DNA of 64,000 nt from Eledone cirrhosa (GCA_964016885.1 OZ024756.1:38750001-38814000), one strand, 5' to 3'. Shown: positions 40,759-53,281, numbered from the stretch's first letter. Translations and numbers: made by a program. The notes: a model not told the origin generated them from the letters alone.

Positions 40759-41115
40759 TATTTTAAAGGCAAATACAATAAGAACTTTATAACGCGAACT
40801 GGCGCGAAATTTATACTTATTCACCTGACAGTCATCAACGAACCAAATTACTTTTCTAAAAAACTTACCATTTCGAGCCACTTTTTTCCACATAAAACAG
40901 AAGTAACATTCGAACACCAACCAGATACGAGAAAAACCACAAACCCTCCATCTCAATTCTACTTTTGAAAAGCATAAGAACTGTGAAACCGGTTAAAGAA
41001 ACTAATAAATATTCTTAAAAAGTCTCCAGTTTCATTTTCGATTTCATCTTTTTTCCTTATACTTTCACTCGTGTAGGACATCTCTTTTTTTTTCATTTTG
41101 AAAAAACCTCATTTT

Positions 41116-41158
<43 letters not shown>

Positions 41159-41192
41159 CAAGAAAAAAGAGTGACATGGTTCGCTATACAAT

Positions 41193-41263
<71 letters not shown>

Positions 41264-41559
41264 ATATATATATGATTGGGTTATACAAGCTCTTAAATTG
41301 AATTAAGAAATTACAAAATTTCCATCACAAATCATGAACTAATCACGTGGTTCCATATAATTAACTTTTAATATTAAATTGTGTTTAAAATTTTTCAGAT
41401 ATTTTAATTCATAAAACAATTGTTCAACAATATTTCGATGTTTCACATTTTCAAATTTCCGCGGTCAGAATTAATGCTTTCATGTAATTAGCAGTAACAC
41501 GTGTGAACAATTTAGAAATTGACATGGTAAATTAACCAGAGAATTTTTATTTCCAAAAG

Positions 41560-41674
41560 GCTGCTAGGAGAGTTTAACCCTGTCGAAATAATTTCCAGAT
41601 TACGTGAAAAATTATTCCATATGAAATGGTTACAGAAGCAGACACCTATCTTATCTCTATACAACTTGCAGAAG
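41560..41674 (+). CDS. Candidate internal exon of an unidentified gene
   Basis: tttttatttccaaaag| ... AAG|gtaaag; open as LLGEFNPVEIISRLREKLFHMKWLQKQTPILSLYNLQK; no recognised homology. Confidence 0.25.
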
Positions 41675-42493
41675 GTAAAGTGAATAAAAACAACAACATT
41701 AGACTAGATTATCATCTCGTGTAAATATGTTGCGTGCATTGAGCCGTTCTGATGTTTACACGGACTGGAGAGTGACATTTATTTGTACAAACATCAAGTG
41801 TGTTCAGAAGGAATATGAGAATGTCTTAAGCTCAGTCGAGTGAGAATTCTGAACGTTGAAGTTGTACTAAATTCAGATTTGTTAAAATATTAAGACGAAC
41901 AACAACAGGTATGCCGTGTTTGTCTAAAATGTTTTATCAGTATCATGATAGGGGAGGGGGGTATCTATTAGGAACATTAGTGCAATTAGTAAATACTTGT
42001 TTTGTAGTATGTTAGTATATGAATTAGCAATTTTCCACTTTTCTACTTTCTGGTTTAAATATTATTGTTGAACGAGTTATCGCCACAAGATATATAGCTA
42101 CCAATCAAAAGTTGTTTTAAGAAATATCGAACACTCATCATCGAAACCGACGGAGGATCTAGTCAAAATTCAAAATATAGTTGTTAAACGGCGATGTAAT
42201 TATTTTGTAAGTTTTTTTTAAATATGAAATCGTGTGTTGAAACATATGTTATACGATGTGTTTACAGGTAAACATTTACTGGGTTTCTTTAGAAATACGA
42301 AATTTCTATACATTTCTGTATACAACTAAGCCTGAAGGTAAATCCTAATTCTGTATATTGTTATATTTGAGGGGGAGGGTCATGTTGTCCTAATATTGCC
42401 AAAAATAGTAAAATCGGGGGGGGGGGGGGGTTCGAAAAAAATTGAAAAATTAATAAGCAGGGGGGAGTGGGGGGCGATTATTCAAGACCTGGC

Positions 42494-42556
42494 AGAAAGG
42501 GTTTCCTGATGATTTCTTTCGAATGAAACAGTTCTAGACCTGTAGAAGCAATTTCT
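42494..42556 (+). ncRNA. Type I hammerhead motif (family M)
   Basis: AGAAAggGTTTC-CTGATGA-TTTC-TTTC-GAAT-GAAA-CAG-ttctagac-CTG-TA-GAAGCaaTTTCT; palindromic TCTAGA in loop III; followed by (TA)n. Confidence 0.8.
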
Positions 42557-42569
42557 ATATTAAACTTGG

Positions 42570-42636
<67 letters not shown>

Positions 42637-42721
42637 ATAAAGAAAAAAAAGAAACATTGTGAAAAATTTCAACAGAGTATGTGCCATCTCATCACTAACT
42701 CTAAATGACAGATAGTAGGGG

Positions 42722-44917
42722 GAGTGGGTTGGTAGGGTGGTACAGTGGGGGTTGGTGGGGTGGTACACTGGGGGTTGGTGGGGTGGTACAGTGGGGGTTG
42801 GTGGGGTGGTACAGTGGGGGTTGGTAGGGTGGTACAGTGGGGGTTGGTGGGGTGGTACAGTGGGGGTTGGTAGGGTGGTACAGTGGGGGTTGGTGGGGTG
42901 GTACAGTGGGGGTTGGTGGGGTGGTACACTGGGGGTTGGTGGGGTGGTACAGTGGGGGTTGGTGGGGTGGTACAGTGGGGGTTGGTAGGGTGGTACAGTG
43001 GGGGTTGGTGGGGTGGTACAGTGGGGGTTGGTAGGGTGGTACAGTGGGGGTTGGTGGGGTGGTACAGTGGGGGTTGGTAGGGTGGTACAGTGGGGGTTGG
43101 TGGGGTGGTACACTGGGGTTGGTGGGGTGGTACACTGGGGTTGGTGGGGTGGTACACTGGGGTTGGTGGGGTGGTACACTGGGTTGGTGGGGTGGTACAC
43201 TGGGTTGGTGGGGTGGTACACTGGGGTTGGTGGGGTGGTACAGTGGGGGTTGGTGGGGTGGTACACTGGGGTTGGTAGGGTGGTACAGTGGGGGTTGGTG
43301 GGGTGGTACACTGGGGTTGGTGGGGTGGTACACTGGGTTTGGTGGGGTGGTACACTGGGGTTGGTGGGGTGGTACACTGGGTTGGTGGGGTGGTACACTG
43401 GGTTGGTGGGGTGGTACACTGGGTTTGGTGGGGTGGTACAGTGGGGGTTGGTGGGGTGGTACAGTGGGGGTTGGTGGGGTGGTACAGTGGGGGTTGGTGG
43501 GGTGGTACACTGGGGTTGGTGGGGTGGTACACTGGGTTTGGTGGGGTGGTACACTGGGGTTGGTGGGGTGGTACACTGGGTTGGTGGGGTGGTACACTGG
43601 GTTGGTGGGGTGGTACACTGGGTTTGGTGGGGTGGTACAGTGGGGGTTGGTGGGGTGGTACACTGGGGTTGGTGGGGTGGTACAGTGGGGGTTGGTGGGG
43701 TGGTACAGTGGGGGTTGGTGGGGTGGTACAGTGGGGGTTGGTGGGGTGGTACACTGGGGTTGGTGGGGTGGTACACTGGGGGTTGGTGGGGTGGTACACT
43801 GGGGTTGGTGGGGTGGTACACTGGGTTGGTGGGGTGGTACACTGGGTTGGTGGGGTGGTACACTGGGTTTGGTGGGGTGGTACACTGGGGTTGGTGGGGT
43901 GGTACACTGGGGTTGGTGGGGTGGTACACTGGGGTTGGTGGGGTGGTACACTGGGGTTGGTGGGGTGGTACACTGGGTTTGGTGGGGTGGTACACTGGGG
44001 TTGGTGGGGTGGTACACTGGGGTTGGTGGGGTGGTACACTGGGTTGGTGGGGTGGTACACTGGGTTTGGTGGGGTGGTACACTGGGGTTGGTGGGGTGGT
44101 ACACTGGGGTTGGTGGGGTGGTACACTGGGGTTGGTGGGGTGGTACACTGGGGTTGGTAGGGTGGTACAGTGGGGGTTGGTGGGGTGGTACACTGGGGTT
44201 GGTGGGGTGGTACACTGGGGTTGGTAGGGTGGTACAGTGGGGGTTGGTGGGGTGGTACACTGGGTTTGGTGGGGTGGTACACTGGGGTTGGTGGGGTGGT
44301 ACACTGGGGTTGGTAGGGTGGTACAGTGGGGGTTGGTGGGGTGGTACACTGGGGTTGGTAGGGTGGTACAGTGGGGGTTGGTGGGGTGGTACAGTGGGGG
44401 TTGGTGGGGTGGTACACTGGGTTGGTGGGGTGGTACACTGGGGTTGGTGGGGTGGTACACTGGGGTTGGTAGGGTGGTACAGTGGGGGTTGGTGGGGTGG
44501 TACACTGGGGTTGGTAGGGTGGTACAGTGGGGGTTGGTGGGGTGGTACAGTGGGGGTTGGTGGGGTGGTACACTGGGGTTGGTGGGGTGGTACACTGGGG
44601 TTGGTGGGGTGGTACACTGGGGTTGGTAGGGTGGTACACTGGGGTTGGTAGGGTGGTACAGTGGGGGTTGGTGGGGTGGTACACTGGGGTTGGTAGGGTG
44701 GTACAGTGGGGGTTGGTGGGGTGGTACAGTGGGGGTTGGTGGGGTGGTACACTGGGGTTGGTGGGGTGGTACAGTGGGGGTTGGTGGGGTGGTACACTGG
44801 GGTTGGTGGGGTGGTACACTGGGGTTGGTAGGGTGGTACAGTGGGGGTTGGTGGGGTGGTACAGTGGGGGTTGGTGGGGTGGTACACTGGGGTTGGTGGG
44901 GTGGTACACTGGGGTTG
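42722..44917. repeat. About 2.2-kb G-rich minisatellite of 21-23-bp units (ggtggggtggtaca[c/g]tgg(g)(g)gtt)
   Basis: Tandem variants visible; strongly strand-biased G runs. Confidence 0.97.
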
Positions 44918-45039
44918 GATGTTATTAAATATTGAAGTTACAGGAAAGAAAACGTACACACATACACACACACAAAAGCACTCACACGTGTATGTGTCTT
45001 ATATGGGTGTGTGCTATACCTATATATATGTATGTGTAT

Positions 45040-45075
<36 letters not shown>

Positions 45076-45194
45076 TGCCTCCTGTGTTTTGTTTGTTTCA
45101 TGTATTAACTATATATATATATATATATATATATACAGAGAGAGAGAGAGAATTATCAGGATTATATGAATTTCTCCACATAGATACACAATTA

Positions 45195-46030
45195 TAAATA
45201 TATACATATATACACACACATATATACACACACATATATACACACACATATATACATACACATATATACACACACATATATACATACACATATATACAAA
45301 CACATATATACATACACATATATATATACACACATATATACAAACACATATATACAAACGCATATATACATACACATATATACATACACATATATACACA
45401 CACATATATACAAACACATATATACATACACATATATACATACACATATATACAAACAAATATATACAAACACATATATACAAACACATATATACACACA
45501 CATATATATACACACATATATACAAACACATATATACATATACACATATATACACACACATATATACATACACATATATACAAACACATATATACAAACA
45601 CATATATACACACACATATATACAAACACATATATACAAACACATATATACAAACACATATATACAAACAAATATATACATACACATATATATACATACA
45701 CATATATATACACACATATATATACATACACATATATACACACACATATATACACACACATATATACACACACATATACACACACATATATACATACACA
45801 TATATATATACACACATATATATATACACACATATATACAAACACATATATACAAACACATATATACATACACATATATACACACACACATATATACACA
45901 CACATATATACAAACACATATATACACACACATATATACATACACATATATATATACACACATATATACAAACACATATATACAAACACATATATACACA
46001 CACATATATACACACACATACACACACATA
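45195..46030. repeat. About 14-bp (CA/TA) compound satellite
   Basis: acacatatatac(a/t)-type units; similar tracts at 47700-48290, 55515-55870 and 60400-61810. Confidence 0.9.
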
Positions 46031-46358
46031 AACTATATACGCTATCCATGTGTTGACCAGATGCCGCCCGAATGAAGTGTGAAGTATTTATCTACATTAA
46101 ACTGCATTTCAAACGCTCCCTCCATTATCAACTTTGTAAGAGAACAACTAATGTTATCAGTTAAGATTGAAATGTCTTCTGAAGCTGGCAAATTCTTCAA
46201 CAAAGAAAAGAATATTGGTCGGTCTCTGACAGGTTTGTGGTCGAACCCGTGGCAGTGGAGACTTCTGGTGTCCTTGGTCCTAGGGCCACCTCCCTACTCA
46301 CCACCATCGGCACAGTATCTTTCTTACTTACTGTGGTTACCCCCGATTGAACCCGAGA

Positions 46359-46406
<48 letters not shown>

Positions 46407-46624
46407 ACGCAGGAAGTGTGGTAAGGAACCAGGTGGACCATAACGCACCAGAGTACTCGATACTTAGGGTAGTAGAGTGGGTAATAGGAAAAGTGTCAGG
46501 ACCCCGACGGCTGAGTTTCGGCCGTTTCGACAGCTAGATCCGAACTAAGCCACCAGTGATGGCTTAGTTTGGATCTAGCTGTCGAAACGGCCGGAGCTCA
46601 GCCGTCGGGGTCTTGACTTGTCTG

Positions 46625-46628
<4 letters not shown>
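46407..46628. mobile_element. Family B fold-back copy with the longest arms
   Basis: Turn at ccagtga (about 46552-46559); flanked by (TA)n. Confidence 0.9.
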
Positions 46629-46722
<94 letters not shown>

Positions 46723-46914
46723 GTTAGATGATTCCAAAGGGAAAGCAAATGAAAAAAGAGTGCTCTATGTATAGAACAGAGCTATTTAATTAGAAAGTGA
46801 ACAACACAAAATATAACTACTCCATTACCATCTCTGTCTGACGAACGATCCAGGCGTATATTATTACAGAAACCTTTGGTAATGGAATAGTTATATTTTG
46901 TGTTGTTCACTTTC

Positions 46915-46920
<6 letters not shown>
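46723..46920. mobile_element. Fold-back element (family N) with a hammerhead-like core in the hairpin loop
   Basis: 44-bp arms at 46787-46830 and 46877-46920; TCTGT-CTGACGA(46838)...GAAA(46869)-CC-TTT-GG-TA-ATGGA; stem II pairs poorly; (TA)n on both sides. Confidence 0.7.
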
Positions 46921-46953
<33 letters not shown>

Positions 46954-47469
46954 CGCGTGTGTGTACAAACACACACACATATATTAAGGCTGTTGCACAG
47001 CTAAGTTATCCAGGCATGGGTGTTAAGTCAATATTTAGATCACACAAAGCCAACTTATTTTAAACTTCCTTATTTATTTATTATGACCATATTTAAACAA
47101 AAATACTTTCGGCTTCTTCCGCTGTAGTTTTGTTATTACTGCCATCATTTCATAATAAATACAGATTTGATAAACACAGATATGTCGTAGAGAAAAGTGT
47201 GTAATGTAGGAAACACATTTCATAGACCGTGAAGAAGGAAGCTTCAGCCACGGTTCGGTGCATATTATGAGAGAGTTAACACCAATGAGCTTATCAAGAT
47301 CTGAAGAAACACCCTCCTATCACCAAATATTGACTGAGAAGTTAAAAAACAAGAGACGAAAGTAGTTAAATAAAGCAAAACTTTATGCTAGACAGTGGAG
47401 GGGGTGAATGGAGGGAGTCGAGTGTTCCATGGTATCTTTTGACCTTCTCTTAGGGTGTCTGTGTATGAC

Positions 47470-47548
47470 CCAAAGGTGTCGCCCCCATAAAAGTGTCACC
47501 CGGAGCGGACCCCCCCCTCGTCTACCGGCCCCTAGCTACGCTACACTG
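47470..47548 (-). mobile_element. Possible hAT-type MITE terminus
   Basis: Minus strand cagtgtagcgtagctaggggcc resembles CAGTGGCGTAGCTAGGGG-type TIRs. Confidence 0.4.
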
Positions 47549-47815
47549 GAGGTAGAAAGATATAGACAACGGTGGGTGAGATAAAAGCAAACGGTGCCAT
47601 TTTTTCCGACAATTGGTCACAAATACAACTGTTTTGGTGATGGGGGGGGGGGGGGGGCTGAAGACTTACAGTCTGATATTTCAAGTCTGTTGTGTATATA
47701 TACAGACCATATATATATATATATATATATATACAGGTAATCCCACACACACACACATATATATATACAGGTAAATCACACACATATGACACAGGTAATC
47801 ACACACGCACACACA

Positions 47816-47862
<47 letters not shown>

Positions 47863-48495
47863 GTATATACAGCTAATCACACACATATGTACCTACACAG
47901 ACAAACAGACATATATATATATATATACAGACAAACACACAGAGAAACACACACATATATACACACAGACAAACACTCATATATATACACACAAACACAT
48001 ATATGTACCTACGCCGACATGTATATACGCAGACAAAAACACACACAGATATACAAACACATATATATATATATATACACAGACCAAAACACACACACAC
48101 ATATATATATACACAGACAAACACACACACATATACACAGACAAACACACACAGACAAACACACATATATATATATATACACTGACACACACACAAAGAC
48201 AAACACACATATATATACACAGACAAACACACACATATGTACCTACACAGACAAACGTATATATATATACACACACACACGCACACACAGGTAAACCCAG
48301 TGTGTACCTAGAAATAGCCACCTAAGTACAGAAAGGTTTATTCATTTAAACAGGTATAAAAGACATTCCTTTGATGTAGCCGCCAACTCCTGAAGTGTTG
48401 GGAATTGAAACCTGGTGTAGCCCATCGTTCTACAGTCTTGACTAAAGTTAATGTCTTCCAGAGAGACAGAGAGAGGGTAAGGGGTGAGAGGGAAC

Positions 48496-48530
<35 letters not shown>

Positions 48531-48637
48531 TAGTGGTAGTAGTAGTGGTGGTGGTGGTAGTATTGGTGGTGGTGGTGTTGGTGTTGGTGGTAGTGGTGGT
48601 GGTGGTAATAGTAGTAGTAGTAGTAGTGGTGGTGGTT

Positions 48638-48676
<39 letters not shown>

Positions 48677-48867
48677 TTAGTCGTAGTAGTAGTAGTATTG
48701 GTAGTAGTAGTAGTGGTAGTGGTAGTGAGTACAAAGAGTTAGAACCAAGACACAGGAAGGAATTCTATCTGACACTGTCAGGACTCCACTAATTCTTTGC
48801 ATTTTGTAGAATGATATAAACGTATATTCTGACGCACATAGTATCTATCTATCTATCTATCTATCTT

Positions 48868-49241
48868 TTTTTCAAATACCACTTTGGAAGAAGAATCAGG
48901 ATGGAGAGAGAGGTGCTGTACCCCAGCAAGTTTTATGAAAGGTGGGTGAAAGTGGCGAGAATGGCCCGAGTGAATGGGCCTTCTCTCTATATCAGCCTGT
49001 AGGTTGAGGAAAAGGAGGAGGAGAGGAAAGGAGTACAAGCTCTTCGTACTCCTGGAGATGAGGGTTGCACATTTTTTTCGGGGGTCTGTGTTACCCATAT
49101 AAACTGTCTCCCTCTATTGGGGAAAATCGACTAACTTTTAAATTCCATCTGTGATAACATTTTACACGTTTTTATTGTATGTAAACTTCCCCCCTTTGTA
49201 TTTGTCCCCTTCTTTTGTGCCCCTGTGGCTAATAAAGAAAT
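48868..49241 (+). mobile_element. L1/Tx1-like LINE 3' end (ORF2 C-terminus plus 3' UTR)
   Basis: FKYHFGRRIRMEREVLYPSKFYERWVKVARMARVNG...*; ends ctgtggctaataaagaaa before (TATC)n; identical tail at about 40355-40420 (-). Confidence 0.65.
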
Positions 49242-49242
49242 A

Positions 49243-49299
<57 letters not shown>

Positions 49300-49786
49300 C
49301 TCTATCTCTCTATCTCTCTCTATATATATATGAAAACAGGGAGAAAGAGACGATTATGAGGAAGAAAAATATATTTTTTTCCTTTTTTTTTTTCTTGGTT
49401 AGAAAATGATTAAAACGAAATGTTTTACTCTGTGTGAAGTGTTAAGGTATTAGTTGATTTATTTATTATTTAACAATGGCATTTATTTATCTATTTATAT
49501 ATTTAATTATTGTCTATTACCGGTTTCTGCATTTATATGCATTATCAAATGATAGTGAAATGTATTAGTGTGGTGTTGCACATGTTAAACAGAAGGTGCA
49601 GAAAGAATAATGTTATATACAAACAAGGTTTAAGAAGTGAAAAGAAAAAAGAAAAAGAAAAAAAAAACGTGCATAATGTGGAACCTAAAAAGTCAATGTG
49701 GAAGAACTGTTAATGTTATTTACAAGCACAGTCATTGAAGTTAAGCAGTTGAAAATATGTTAATATCGCAAGAGTGCTTAGTTGAA

Positions 49787-50205
49787 CCAAATATTAACAA
49801 AATAGATATTCTTGTGATCAATTACATTTTATTATACATATTTCAGAGGTAGTGAATTAAGTTCAACAGTACGTCCTCATCAGATAAAATAAAATGATAC
49901 ATGACATACCCTGACATGGTAGATGGTTAAGATTTAATCAAGGTAGTGATTAAATATTAACCATCTACCACGTCGGGGTATGTCATATATCATTTTATTT
50001 TATCTGATGAGGACGTACTGTTGAACTTAATTCACTACCTCTGAAATATGTATAATAAAATTTAATTGATCACAAGAATATCTATTTTGTTAATATTTGG
50101 AATTAATATTAATAACTCTGGAAAATATTACCTGTAGAGTGCTTCCAATCTATTGTAAAACTCATTCTTTGATGTACTCATTGAATCTTGTTTAACTCTT
50201 AAATA
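49787..50205. mobile_element. Family A fold-back element with two hammerhead motifs (49826-49890 -, 49997-50061 +)
   Basis: Inverted arms span 49787-50100; CTGATGA 50004-50010, GAAA 50043-50046, stem [15 protein letters not shown]; about 100-nt extra tail on the right. Confidence 0.9.
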
Positions 50206-50754
50206 AATATATATATAGAGATAAGAATATGTACACGAATACACATACATACACACATGCACACAAACACACACACACACACACACAAATACACACACAC
50301 ACGCATATACTATACATACAGATGTGTGGAATACATACATACACCTTTAAAACTGGGTGTAAATTTCACAAGACCACGAAGGGAACAGTTTAATTTAGGA
50401 GTATAGATTTAAGGGCTTGTATAAGATTAAACATCCTTCGTGTCTGAAATTGTTCGAGGGTCTGTAGGGGAAGTAAGACCCTTTAATGAGGGTTTTGGCT
50501 CTTAAGAATGCTTTCCAAAAGAAGTTATTTGAGATAAGTTTAGGCTGAAATCATTATTAATTTTTATGTTGTGGAATCAAATTACATTTTTACTATTCTT
50601 TACTGATTGGTAGAAGTTATATGTGAAATGGAGGAAATTTAGTGGAATATTCAGTTACTAGGTGTACTAAGAGATAATGTAAGTGGGAGTTGGTACCATA
50701 GGCGAGATGTGGGAGTTGGTAGCTTCGGTGAGGTGTATCAAGATAGTATAACTG

Positions 50755-51741
50755 GGAGTTGGTACCACAGGTGAGGGGTGGGTGTTGGTACCACAGGCGA
50801 GGTGTGGGTGTTGGTACGATAGGTGAGGTGTGGGTGTTGGTACGATAGGTGAGGTGTGGGTGTTGGTACCACAGGCGAGGTGTGGGTGTTGGTACCACAG
50901 GCGAGGTGTGGGTGTTGGTACGATAGGTGAGGTGTGGGTGTTGGTACCACAGGCGAGGTGTGGGTGTTGGTACGATAGGTGAGGTGTGGGTGTTGGTACG
51001 ATAGGTGAGGTGTGGGTGTTGGTACGATAGGTGAGGTGTGGGTGTTGGTACCACAGGCGAGGTGTGGGTGTTGGTACGATAGGTGAGGTGTGGGTGTTGG
51101 TACGATAGGTGAGGTGTGGGTGTTGGTACGATAGGTGAGGTGTGGGTGTTGGTACCACAGGCGAGGTGTGGGTGTTGGTACGATAGGTGAGGTGTGGGTG
51201 TTGGTACGATAGGTGAGGTGTGGGTGTTGGTACCACAGGCGAGGTGTGGGTGTTGGTACCACAGGCGAGGTGTGGGTGTTGGTACGATAGGTGAGGTGTG
51301 GGTGTTGGTACGATAGGTGAGGTGTGGGTGTTGGTACGATAGGTGAGGTGTGGGTGTTGGTACCACAGGCGAGGTGTGGGTGTTGGTACGATAGGTGAGG
51401 TGTGAGTGTTGGTACGATAGGTGAGGTGTGGGTGTTGGTACGATAGGTGAGGTGTGGGTGTTGGTACCACAGGCGAGGTGTGGGTGTTGGTACCACAGGC
51501 GAGGTGTGGGTGTTGGTACGATAGGTGAGGTGTGGGTGTTGGTACCACAGGCGAGGTGTGGGTGTTGGTACGATAGGTGAGGTGTGGGTGTTGGTACCAC
51601 AGGCGAGGTGTGGGTGTTGGTACGATAGGTGAGGTGTGGGTGTTGGTACCACAGGCGAGGTGTGGGTGTTGGTACGATAGGTGAGGTGTGGGTGTTGGTA
51701 CCACAGGCGAGGTGTGGGTGTTGGTACGATAGGTGAGGTGT
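50755..51741. repeat. 26-bp minisatellite with two interspersed variants
   Basis: ggtgtgggtgttggtac[gataggt|cacaggc]ga, about 37 units, with degenerate flanking units. Confidence 0.97.
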
Positions 51742-52099
51742 ATTAAGGTAGAGTAAGTAGGAATTGGTACCATAGGTGAAGTATATACTGGGACGGGTAA
51801 TCAACTTGAAACAACCAAAAATTTTAGTTGAATAAATTAAGTTCTTTTCTTCGTCTGTGTGAAAATACAACTGTGATACTTCCTAAACTTAAATATCATA
51901 TGATATAGAACCTCACAAAATTGAAAACAAATATCATATAAATACCGTATAGCATAGAATGTGGTATAAAAACATACCTCATTCTATAAGAGAGCCAAAA
52001 ATAATCATGTTTGTAAGGGAGTGAAATATCAGCTAAGAAGCAGCTGGTTCGTATCACGTCATCCCCAATATACAGTCTTTATGTGTGTGTTACAGCTCA

Positions 52100-52330
52100 C
52101 CCCTAAGCAGGTTTAGCTGGCCTCCTCCAAGGTAAATCTCGTTGGAGGTGTCTTGGGTGATTTAATGATAGGAACCCCAGTCCTATCATCTCATTTATAC
52201 AGCTGAGTAAACTGGAGCAACGTGAAATAAAGTGTCTTGCTCAAGGAAACAACACATCACCCTGTCCGAGAATTGAACTCACAACCTTTCGATTGCAAAC
52301 CCAATGCTCTAACCACTAAGCCATGCGCCA
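52100..52330 (-). mobile_element. tRNA-derived CORE-like SINE
   Basis: Minus strand ggcgcatggcttagtggttag...gagttcaattctc...tccttgagcaagacactttatttcacgttgctccag. Confidence 0.85.
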
Positions 52331-52533
52331 ACACAACGCAACACAGTCTTTATGGCTAACACAACTTTGGATAAACCATTCCACCGAGCTTGTGAATAGT
52401 GAATAAGCAGAGGGAGCACTGTAATTTGCCAGCTTACAGCACTGAGTTTGTTAGAAGAAGGTAATGGCTTTTTATTTAAAAAAAAATGTGTTTTTATTTA
52501 ATCAGTCAATAAATATATCGTGAAATTCAAACA

Positions 52534-52747
52534 GCCATACAGATAGATGTCATACAGATAGATGCCATACATATAAATGCCATACAGATAGATGTCATAC
52601 AGATAGATGCCATACAGATAGATGTCATACATATAGATGTGATACAGATAGATGTCATACATATAGATGTCATACAGATAGATGCCATACATATAGATGT
52701 CATACAGATAGATGTCATACAGATAGATGCCATACAGATAGATGTCA
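52534..52747. repeat. 15-bp minisatellite (catacagatagatg[t/c])
   Basis: About 14 units. Confidence 0.9.
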
Positions 52748-52865
52748 ATGGAATTTTCTTGTAAGATATTTAAAGTTTTAAAATCAAGAAAATCATAAAC
52801 AAATCTATTTCAAATAACAACACTATAGATATTTAAAAACGGAAAATAAAGGGAAGGACAGAGGC

Positions 52866-53010
52866 TCTTCTTCTTCTTCTTCTTCTTCTTCTTCTTCTTC
52901 TTCTTCTTCTTCTTCTTCTTCTTGAGAAGGTCGTAGGGGCAGAGTCCTCAAACACTCCTTCCAGCGGGTCCTGTCAGAAGCAGCCGACTCCAATTGATCT
53001 CGCTGGATAT
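52866..53010 (-). mobile_element. RTE LINE extreme 3' end with (GAA)n tail
   Basis: IQRDQLESAASDRTRWKECLRTLP; matches 58887-58960. Confidence 0.75.
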
Positions 53011-53025
53011 ATGTATATATATATC

Positions 53026-53241
53026 GTCAGTCGATCGACTTTCGTCAAATCGGACCGAGGAAACAATGTTTCCATGGGTCTTTCCAATTGCTAATACTAT
53101 CTATCGCTCGCAACTCCAGGTAGAAAGAGCAGCGTGAAGGCGCGTGGTTGATTGGTAAGAGAATTGGATTCGCGATCGTGAGGTTGTGATTTCGATTCCC
53201 GGACCGGGTGATGCGTTATGTCCTTCAGCAAGACACTTTAT
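53026..53241. mobile_element. SINE S2 copy with its 5' half inverted
   Basis: 53043-53137 matches 26313-26407 in the same orientation; 53134-53241 matches the reverse complement of 26409-26498. Confidence 0.8.
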
Positions 53242-53243
53242 AT

Positions 53244-53281
<38 letters not shown>

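Noticed and set aside
42478-44971. 700+ aa Pro/Thr-rich ORFs
   Set aside because: All three frames are open only because the minisatellite lacks stop codons; unit lengths are not consistently multiples of 3 and there are no splice or homology cues.
49997-50061. C/D-box snoRNA (TGATGA...CTGA)
   Set aside because: The boxes are only about 30 nt apart, the sequence is part of a dispersed inverted element, and the related A-prime family lacks the D box but keeps the hammerhead fold.
50617-51870. 300-400 aa repetitive ORFs or a CRISPR-like array
   Set aside because: A 26-bp tandem repeat without unique spacers, in eukaryotic context with no cas genes.
52250-52330. tRNA gene
   Set aside because: The A/B boxes continue into a CORE-like SINE body; it is a SINE head.
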